A stretch of DNA of 64,000 bases from a virus (taxonomy: Duplodnaviria > Caudoviricetes). The stretch covers positions 96,001-160,000 of the IMG/VR virus record IMGVR_UViG_3300029288_000066; one strand, 5' to 3'. The position numbers were made by a program, and so were the translations under genes. Below, piece after piece: positions 57,265 to 63,959 of the stretch. Within the stretch, counting starts at the first letter, position 1; each line of letters starts with the position of its first letter. The notes below the pieces were generated by a model that searched no databases, was not told the DNA's origin, and saw only the letters and a program-made list of their open reading frames with translations.

Positions 57265-57338
57265 AGCCAACTGGAGGGATTCCAACCCCCGTAATCCGCA
57301 TTACAGGTGCGGCGCATCGAGCACTCTGCCACAGTGGC
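57265..57338 (-). tRNA. tRNA-Thr(TGT), C33 variant with bulged acceptor
   Basis: CCGCA-CCTGTAA-TGCGG. Confidence 0.78.
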
Positions 57339-57345
57339 TTTTCAC

Positions 57346-57422
57346 TGGAGCCGTAGGAGGGATTCGAACCCCCGACATCCTCATTACAAGTGAGGCGCTC
57401 TGGCCAACTGAGCTACAACGGC
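57346..57422 (-). tRNA. tRNA-Thr(TGT)
   Basis: CCTCA-CTTGTAA-TGAGG; encoded CCA. Confidence 0.93.
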
Positions 57423-57431
57423 ATTCTTTTG

Positions 57432-57503
57432 AGCCAATAGAGGGAATCGAACCCCCGAATTCCTCTTTACGAAAGAGGCGCAATACCACTATGCGATATT
57501 GGC
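57432..57503 (-). tRNA. tRNA-Thr(CGT)
   Basis: CCTCT-TTCGTAA-AGAGG. Confidence 0.9.
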
Positions 57504-57512
57504 ATTCTTCAG

Positions 57513-57584
57513 AGCCGACGAAGAGAATTGAACTCTTGACCTCTTCCTTACCAAGGAAGCGCTCTACCTCTGGGCTACGTCGGC
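57513..57584 (-). tRNA. tRNA-Thr(GGT)
   Basis: CTTCC-TTGGTAA-GGAAG. Confidence 0.92.
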
Positions 57585-57590
57585 AGGTTC

Positions 57591-57768
57591 TGTTTAACTG
57601 ATGGGATTCCAACCCACACGTCCTATAACCTGCATTTAATTACCGCACCGCAGCCGCCCTGTGCGAAAAAATTCGAGCCCCGTTAACTGACTAACCATTC
57701 CTCGAATGACGGGGCAAGCGTCGAGGTGTTTACGGTTTAGCGACTAGCAATTCCGCCACAGTTAAACA
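57591..57768 (-). ncRNA. 178-nt tRNA-like RNA with about 120-nt structured insert
   Basis: TGTTTAACTG/CAGTTAAACA stem, D arm GCG..CGC, T arm GTGGG-TTGGAAT-CCCAT. Confidence 0.65.
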
Positions 57769-57769
57769 T

Positions 57770-57846
57770 TGGGTGAAAGGTCGGCTTCGAACCGACAACC
57801 CTCTGAACCACAATCAGATACTCTAACCAATTGAGCTACAATCACC
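57770..57846 (-). tRNA. tRNA-His(GTG)
   Basis: TCTGA-TTGTGGT-TCAGA. Confidence 0.92.
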
Positions 57847-57850
57847 ATAT

Positions 57851-57983
57851 AAAAAAGGGGAAAAGTTAGAACAGGGTTTTTCATGTAAAATCCTGGAGTT
57901 TAACCAGTACCCATTGAATTAAAAGTCAATTGCTCAACACTGAGCTAATTTTACGAAGTAGCTGTTCAGATTGCCACCTTTTT
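57851..57983 (-). ncRNA. Scaffold (Y-RNA-like) ncRNA 2 carrying Lys(TTT)-like tRNA body
   Basis: GTGGCAATCTGAACAGCTACTTCG...CTGTTCTAACTTTTCCCC enclosing TAGCTCAG..GAGC, ATTGA-CTTTTAAT-TCAAT. Confidence 0.7.
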
Positions 57984-58016
57984 ATGTTTTCAATATTTTA
58001 AAGAACTTATTCTTAG

Positions 58017-58090
58017 GGTGTCGAACCAGATTCGAACTGGCGTTGACTAAGGTCACAGCTTAGCCGTAGAAACCAACACTACACCGACAC
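58017..58090 (-). tRNA. tRNA-His(GTG)
   Basis: CTAAG-CTGTGAC-CTTAG. Confidence 0.83.
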
Positions 58091-58092
58091 AG

Positions 58093-58177
58093 AAGGGGAG
58101 GAGGGATTCGAACCCCCGTAAACCCGAAGGCACTAACGTTAACAGCGTTCCGCTCTGACCAACTGAGCTACACCCCC
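58093..58177 (-). tRNA. tRNA-Asn(GTT), long variable arm
   Basis: AACG-CTGTTAA-CGTT; GCC-TTCG-GGT variable hairpin. Confidence 0.85.
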
Positions 58178-58189
58178 ATGTAATTTTTT

Positions 58190-59035
58190 TTATTTTTTAT
58201 AATCTTTTAGCCATTTTCTAATTGCATTGTCAGAAACACCATATTTTTTGCCAACCGCACAATAATTTGTTTTTTTAATTTCTTGCATCAACTGTTCATA
58301 AGACGGCCTTTCAACCCTTCTTCTACTTTTTTTATAACAATCTATACATTCTTTTGCTTTTACATCCTTCTCTTTCCCACATTTGCAAACTCTTGTTTTT
58401 TCACTTTTCCTTTTAATGTTTCTAAAACAATATGTGTTTAACGTAGAATCACAATTTGGACATATGATTCTTAGATTTTTTAATCTATTATCCATATGAT
58501 TTCCATTAATATGGTCAAGAATTAAAATTAATTTATTTCCATTCCAATTTACATCCTGTCCACACAACTCACAACATTCTTTTTTTAAACCTTCATCATA
58601 CAATCTTTTTTTAAAATTAGAAGGTAAGCTTTTTCCAACTACAAAATAATATTCAATTGGGTTCTTTTTGCAACCAGTAATTACACCTTGTTCTTTTAAT
58701 CGCTTATACAGCTCTTTTTTTCCAGTAAAATGTGAAATGTCTACATTATATCGAGCAATATAGTTTTTTATTGTTGTAAAACTTGCAGATGCTGGATTAA
58801 TATTAAGATTTCTTAAAGCATCAGAATAAGAATATGCATTTTTAACAGCTTCTAGTATTTCTTTTTCTGAATATTTCCAAATTCCATACTTTGCAACTTT
58901 TAAACCAAGACGCTTTGCTTTATGAGCTACGGAATGTTTACTCTTGCCTAACTTTCGAGAACAATATATAGCACCATGCTCTTCATAATTGTTCTTAAGA
59001 AATAAAATTTCATTTTCTACCCATTTATATTTCAT
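58190..59035 (-). CDS. HNH homing endonuclease
   Basis: CELC...LDHINGNHMDNRLKNLRIICPNC; C-terminal HTH. Confidence 0.9.
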   Translation of the reverse strand: MKYKWVENEILFLKNNYEEHGAIYCSRKLGKSKHSVAHKAKRLGLKVAKYGIWKYSEKEILEAVKNAYSYSDALRNLNINPASASFTTIKNYIARYNVDISHFTGKKELYKRLKEQGVITGCKKNPIEYYFVVGKSLPSNFKKRLYDEGLKKECCELCGQDVNWNGNKLILILDHINGNHMDNRLKNLRIICPNCDSTLNTYCFRNIKRKSEKTRVCKCGKEKDVKAKECIDCYKKSRRRVERPSYEQLMQEIKKTNYCAVGKKYGVSDNAIRKWLKDYKK

Positions 59036-59101
59036 ATTGACATCTTTATTATAAATATGCCAAAAAATTATTTTTTCAATATTTCAAAGAACTTAATTTT
59101 G

Positions 59102-59188
59102 CGTTTCCTGTAAGATTCGAACTCACGATGGGGATTACTCCTCGTCAGGTTAACAGCCTGATGCCGTCGGCCACTTGGCTAAAGAAAC
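59102..59188 (-). tRNA. tRNA-Asn(GTT), long variable arm
   Basis: TCAGG-CTGTTAA-CCTGA. Confidence 0.87.
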
Positions 59189-59191
59189 ATA

Positions 59192-59349
59192 AATTCGGGG
59201 AAAAGGAGCAAAAGTGTTTTTTCTATACTCTAACCAACTGAGCTACGTGCTCCATTTTTTTTATTATTTGGGAGCACGACTGGACTCGAACCAGCGACCT
59301 TTTGTTATCAAGACAAATGCGAAGTAACTTTTACAATTGCCACCGAATT
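59192..59349 (-). ncRNA. Scaffold (YrlA-like) ncRNA 3 carrying circularly permuted tRNA
   Basis: Order: anticodon-like arm, T arm, acceptor 3' strand, linker, acceptor 5' strand, D arm, inside GTGGCAAT..TTACTTCG/CACTTTT..TTTTCCCC. Confidence 0.75.
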
Positions 59350-59375
59350 ATTTCAAAATTTTAAAGAACGATATA

Positions 59376-59410
59376 AAACAAAAAACCCAGACTCTTTTGG
59401 AATCTGGGTG
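59376..59410 (-). terminator. Attenuator terminator, Asn/His/Thr operon
   Basis: ACCCAGATTC-CAAAA-GAGTCTGGGT + TTTTTGTTTT; 5' arm complementary to GTCTGGGTG in leader. Confidence 0.87.
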
Positions 59411-59431
59411 GCTTTTTGTTTTCTTATATTT

Positions 59432-59521
59432 TTATTTTAAGATAGACATATTACACCCAGACACACATGTATTATTATGTTTGTTGGTCTTCGTGTTAAT
59501 ATGTATACTTAAAGCTAACAT
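59432..59521 (-). CDS. Attenuator leader peptide MLALSIHINTKTNKHNNTCVSGCNMSILK
   Basis: CAT ATT AAC ACG AAG ACC AAC AAA CAT AAT AAT ACA. Confidence 0.83.
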   Translation of the reverse strand: MLALSIHINTKTNKHNNTCVSGCNMSILK

Positions 59522-59537
59522 TTCAATATTTCCTTTT

Positions 59538-59603
59538 TATTTAAATAGTATGATTTTTTTACTTTCTACGCAAAGGTACAAAAAAAGTTACATTAAATGC
59601 AAG
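59538..59603 (-). promoter_or_regulatory. tRNA-operon tandem promoter repeat, copy 3
   Basis: Near-identical to copies 1 and 2 (TACCTTTG variant). Confidence 0.8.
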
Positions 59604-59659
59604 TTTTTTTTCGTTTATTTTTAAAATAATTTTTAAGTTGTTGATTGTTAATAATTTAA

Positions 59660-60004
59660 TTAATCAATTATTTTTCTCTTTGGAACATTATGTTCATCCA
59701 GCAAACTCATAACTTCATCTCTCGCAGAAAGTGGAGCATAACATCGAATATCTTCGTGCATATTTTTTTTACCTTCATTTGTCGCAGTTGATAAATCAAT
59801 TCGTTCATCATCATCTAACTCCTTTGTACAACCGTTATTCCACTGTTCATTAAATTCATCATCAGTTAAAAGTTTATTCTTAAAATCTTCAATTGATTCT
59901 CCCGTATAATGACCAATTGGGCTAATGGCTGACATTGTGCCATCATCATTCCAAATTTCTTTGGTCTCGGTATAATTTCTATATGCTTCCTGTAATCTAC
60001 TCAT
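59660..60004 (-). CDS. Hypothetical protein
   Basis: ORF track; host-type promoter. Confidence 0.65.
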   Translation of the reverse strand: MSRLQEAYRNYTETKEIWNDDGTMSAISPIGHYTGESIEDFKNKLLTDDEFNEQWNNGCTKELDDDERIDLSTATNEGKKNMHEDIRCYAPLSARDEVMSLLDEHNVPKRKIID

Positions 60005-60046
60005 ACACCAAATATATAAAAAAGTTTCAATAAAGTCAAATTGGAT

Positions 60047-60735
60047 TTAAATTTTTTCCAAAATAATTCTCTCAACGATTTTTTTCATATAATTCCAATC
60101 ATCTTCTGATGTTTTATAATTTGGTGTTATGAAAGGGGCGTGTGAATCCCATTCTTCGCCCACTTTTCCTTCTGAAGATTTTATTATCTTTTGAGCTCCA
60201 CTTTTCTGTAAGTATGATGCAAGCCTTCCTTTTTTATTAATGGAAAGCTTTAATATAACTCCTTCACGCAAAACTTCTACATCAACTCTTTTCCCGTCGA
60301 ACATATTTTTGTGGTCTGTTGTGATTAAGTCAAAAACAACAAGGAGAGCTCCATCTTCATCAACACTTATGTTTTTAATATCAATTTTTTTTGGAATTTC
60401 CTCGGCACATAATTTTTCAATTACCCATTTTAATTCAACATCTGTTTCCTTGTCTGTCTTCTCTGGTATTGGAATAATATTAAAAGGGGTTGCCAACACT
60501 CTGTTTCCTGCCGTGAACAAAAGATATTTACCTCTATCTGGGAACCACTTTAAAACTTTATGTCTCCATAGGCTGGCCTAATATTATAAACAGTTCTTCC
60601 TATAAGGTCTTCAAATTTCTCTATTCCCAGGTGTTTTAATTGCTGTTGGTATTCTTCCTTGGAAAAATCTTTAAAGCCCGTCACATCAACTCCTGAGAGC
60701 TCCTGAAGTCTTTTTTTATATGATTCTGTCAGCAT
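60047..60735 (-). pseudogene. LTESY-tagged protein split by a frameshift near 60560
   Basis: ORF 60735-60550 continues in shifted frame as HKVLKWFPDRGKYLLFTAG... to 60047. Confidence 0.55.
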
Positions 60736-60743
60736 ATCTTTAT

Positions 60744-61577
60744 TTATATAACTTCAATATATTTAGGAGGAATAATCCCATTATATTTAACTGAATGTAC
60801 AGTTTTTAAACTAAACCAATAATCTTTTGGATTAATACTAACAACATTGTATTTCTTGTCATATCTTTTTGGATTATTTTTGGCATATAAATTATATAAC
60901 TTTTTTATATTTTTCCATACCATTTCTCTATTGCCCATGCCGTCAACAACAACTGGTTCATCTAATTCATTAAAATCGACCATTAATAAATTGTTGTTTG
61001 GGATTTTAATTTTTAATACAATTGGACTACCACCTTTAAATTTATTTAACTCTTCATCTTCTGATGCTTCAATTGAATAATACTCTGCTTTTTCATATAA
61101 ATCTGTTAAATATGGGTTTTTCAATCCTTTGGTCATAATATTATCTAACACAGCATCCGTTGTACCATGATAAAAAATATTATTGTCGCCAATTATATTT
61201 GATTCCTCAAATATCTTTATTTTACTATATTTCTCCAGTTCGGGGTCATCTTTATAAAAGAATTGAAAATCTACAATTCGCCCATTCCACTTTGGTTTAA
61301 ACACGTCGCTGGTAAATTTTGAATGGTAATGCTCAGTTCTTTTTAAAGAAGAAATTTTATCTGATTTCGGAATTATGATTCCAATATCCAAATCAGAATC
61401 GTCCTTGGCCGTTCCCTTTGCTTCAGAGCCAATAATAAAAGCATTAAGGATTGGATAATCAACTCTCGATGTTAAATTGTTTCTTAGCATAGACACAATA
61501 TCCTTTTTGCTTGGATATTTGAGCATCCTGTCAATTTCCTCTCTAATCAATTTCCTTATGTATTTTTTATCTTCCAT
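60744..61577 (-). CDS. Minimal nucleotidyltransferase + ADP-ribosyltransferase-like fusion
   Basis: IRKLIRE tag; GSEAKG...SDLD; FYHGT...GL..PYLT. Confidence 0.65.
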   Translation of the reverse strand: MEDKKYIRKLIREEIDRMLKYPSKKDIVSMLRNNLTSRVDYPILNAFIIGSEAKGTAKDDSDLDIGIIIPKSDKISSLKRTEHYHSKFTSDVFKPKWNGRIVDFQFFYKDDPELEKYSKIKIFEESNIIGDNNIFYHGTTDAVLDNIMTKGLKNPYLTDLYEKAEYYSIEASEDEELNKFKGGSPIVLKIKIPNNNLLMVDFNELDEPVVVDGMGNREMVWKNIKKLYNLYAKNNPKRYDKKYNVVSINPKDYWFSLKTVHSVKYNGIIPPKYIEVI

Positions 61578-62371
61578 TATCTTAACTCATCAAATAAGTG
61601 AACTTGACTTTTCGGTACTTCTATAATAACATCATCATATCCCAGTTCTTTCATGGAAATCACTCTATGTCTTCCATCTGAAAATCCAAGTCTTCCATAA
61701 TTTATTGAAACGTATGGAGCTTGAAATTCTACATCACCCCAATCGGTTCTCTGATTTGTTTTTCGGTTTATGTACCTTTGGTCTTTTGAGTAATCCATCC
61801 AATATTGCTTTGCTCTTTCAACTCTTCCTGGATGGTCAGCAGTTTCTCTGGTGTCGAAAGCATAATCTGGTTCGTCTTTTTTGTGTCTGGCCAGTAGTTT
61901 ATTTATATTAACAACAATGAGCGTATCATCTTTAGAGTCCCTAAGTTTATATTTTGAGAGCATGCTCTCTGCAGGTGGATAGTCATTGTTCTCAATTTCA
62001 TCTAATCCTTCATATTCATCTGGTCCTTTAGAGACATAAATTTCTTTGGCTTTTTTTACTTCCCCCGAATAAAAATATTCTCCTGGATTATAAGCATCAT
62101 AAACATTTTCGGTTGGGACAAGCGCTTGAATTACATGGAATGGTTCCTCGTGATATACATGATTATTTTCAGCATGTTCTATTGCAAATTTTTTACTTAA
62201 AGTCACATAATCTTTATCTCTAAATTCAAAAACATCATTTGGGGCTGCTCTATATATTGTAACAAATGGAACGTTCATTTGATTACTCAGGCCTTTTCCG
62301 AGTATCCTTGGGGTTTCATCAACACCAGCCAACTCTTGTAATCTTCTTTTATATGATTCTGATAAGTTCAT
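61577..62371 (-). CDS. ART-like + ParB/Srx-like fusion
   Basis: LSESY tag; VTIYRA...DYVTLS..FA.EH; DGRHR. Confidence 0.55.
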   Translation of the reverse strand: MNLSESYKRRLQELAGVDETPRILGKGLSNQMNVPFVTIYRAAPNDVFEFRDKDYVTLSKKFAIEHAENNHVYHEEPFHVIQALVPTENVYDAYNPGEYFYSGEVKKAKEIYVSKGPDEYEGLDEIENNDYPPAESMLSKYKLRDSKDDTLIVVNINKLLARHKKDEPDYAFDTRETADHPGRVERAKQYWMDYSKDQRYINRKTNQRTDWGDVEFQAPYVSINYGRLGFSDGRHRVISMKELGYDDVIIEVPKSQVHLFDELR

Positions 62372-62374
62372 TTT

Positions 62375-63067
62375 TTAATAAGCGTATTTTTTTACTCTAG
62401 AGTCTTGTGAAAAGCTGTATGCATCCGAAGTTTTTGAGTCAAATCCGAAATCAACCACAACAACTCTCGGAACGCCATCTCTCAAAACCTCTCCATAGGT
62501 TGATATTCTTGAGAAATCCCCAGGGAGTGGATATTGAAAATCTTCTGTAAATTGGTTAAGGTCATACGCAAATTCATTTTCGCTTAAATCTCTCCCAGGC
62601 ATTCCCCATCCTACTTTCCCTTGTATGTTTGCCATCCAGGCTGAAACTTCTTCTGGACTAGTACCTGTCAATTCTCTAAATCTTCGTGGAGTTATTTTCT
62701 TTGCAAGTTCCATTTCAATCCACATATCATCATTATCAACATCAAACACTCTTGCTACAACATCATAATTTTGTTTATATGCCCAGGATTCTGCATCATT
62801 TTGAGCACGTCCTCTTTCGTTCAGAGCAACCTTAAGAACCTTTTCGTCATCAATTCTAAAAACTGCTCTTCCGCTTCCCACACCAATTTTACCAAGCAAG
62901 TGTTGTGTTGCATATCTTTGTTTGCCAGCAAAAGACATTATGTTTTTAAATTCTTCAGGATTAAAGTTGGTTGGATAAGCCATTTCATCCATCATAAAGT
63001 CTTGTGCTTCACAAAAAATTTCGTCAAGACATTCTCTTATAACTTTTCTTATGACTTGCTTTTCCAT
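62375..63067 (-). CDS. Protein kinase-like protein
   Basis: IRKVIRE tag; GVGSGRAVF, VLKVA, QN..E, VVVDFG. Confidence 0.7.
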   Translation of the reverse strand: MEKQVIRKVIRECLDEIFCEAQDFMMDEMAYPTNFNPEEFKNIMSFAGKQRYATQHLLGKIGVGSGRAVFRIDDEKVLKVALNERGRAQNDAESWAYKQNYDVVARVFDVDNDDMWIEMELAKKITPRRFRELTGTSPEEVSAWMANIQGKVGWGMPGRDLSENEFAYDLNQFTEDFQYPLPGDFSRISTYGEVLRDGVPRVVVVDFGFDSKTSDAYSFSQDSRVKKYAY

Positions 63068-63103
63068 TAAAAAAATCTTTTTATATAAATAGTTATAAAA
63101 TGG

Positions 63104-63136
63104 AAAAACCCCCAGCGTTTTTCGGAGGGGGTTTTT
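63104..63136 (-). terminator. Intrinsic terminator after scaffold ncRNA 4
   Basis: ACCCCC...GGGGGT + TTTT. Confidence 0.75.
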
Positions 63137-63139
63137 ATA

Positions 63140-63483
63140 AAGTAATTTTATGGGAATTCTAGGTTGAGCGTCACCCCTTAGTCCCACCCAAATCTTTTCA
63201 GACATCACCTAGTGAAGGAATGGGTTTATAGGCCAAGTATTATTAAGGCATTTACTTTTCATCCCAGTTTTTTTAAGGTGTTTACTGTTAACCCATAGTT
63301 TTAAGTTTCATGTCAACTCAGAAATTTTAAGCTTTTAAGAAGCTGCTCTAAACCTTCTAACACCCACACTTAAGTTAAGGCTTTAACCGTTAGCGCCAGG
63401 ATGGCCGCAGAGCGTGCAGACCATTTTTTTTGCTGTTTATGAACATAGAAGTATCTCAAATCTTTACCACAAAAAAATTACTT
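63140..63483 (-). ncRNA. Scaffold (Y-RNA-like) ncRNA 4 with about 280-nt unknown cargo
   Basis: AAGTAATTTT..GTGGTAAAGATTTGAGATACTTC ... CTCAACCTAGAATTCCCATAAAATTACTT; own promoters, boxA-like motif and terminator. Confidence 0.65.
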
Positions 63484-63569
63484 CAAAGAACTTTATGCTT
63501 GTATAAATATACAAAAATTTCAAATTTCTAATGCAAATATATTACAAACGAAACTCAAATGCAAGTTTT

Positions 63570-63959
63570 TTACTTAAAATATCTAAATCCCTGAAACCCT
63601 TTCATTGGAATTGGTTCAATTTTATGGAAAGGACCAGAGCGTTCAATAAACTTTCCTTTCCAGTTCTTTCCAGATGTCGTACAATCAAAATTCTTTTCTG
63701 ACATTCCCACAATTTCCATCCATCCTATTATAGCTCCATCATAAAGCAAGTAACATTTATTGCCAGGTTTCGTTTTTGGGAAACCGCTTACTTTAAAATT
63801 CATGACCTGCTTATAATCCTTTACAGCATCCAACTCTTTGTTATAATCTTTCCATTGGATTGACTTTGGGATAGTTATGATAATATCCAAACCTTTTTCT
63901 TCGTCTTCGTTTATTCCAGCCAATGCTTGAAGTCTGTTTTTATAATTCTTTGTTATCAT
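63570..63959 (-). CDS. ASCH/PUA-like domain protein with RLQALAG tag
   Basis: PGNKCYLLYDGAIIG...PMKGFQGFRY. Confidence 0.55.
   Translation of the reverse strand: MITKNYKNRLQALAGINEDEEKGLDIIITIPKSIQWKDYNKELDAVKDYKQVMNFKVSGFPKTKPGNKCYLLYDGAIIGWMEIVGMSEKNFDCTTSGKNWKGKFIERSGPFHKIEPIPMKGFQGFRYFK

Noticed and set aside
57301-57612. 103 aa ORF from the track (also 54415-54621, 54901-55170, 43212-43490, 59337-59624)
   Set aside because: Overlaps tRNA genes or attenuator leaders; incidental open frames
57591-57768. HDV-like/theta ribozyme or group I intron in the insert
   Set aside because: Could not thread P1-P4 with the catalytic C; too short and no P7 motifs for group I
21990-59521. T-box riboswitch explanation for the tRNA operon leaders
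   Set aside because: No AAGGTGG(T/A)ACC-type T-box motif or Stem I; leaders are short and contain codon-biased ORFs
478-63070. Many short plus-strand ORFs antisense to long minus-strand genes
   Set aside because: Shadow frames with F/S/L/I-rich composition and no promoter or motif support
63140-63483. tmRNA
   Set aside because: Size fits but there is no GGGG 5' end, G3-U70 acceptor stem or T arm-CCA 3' end
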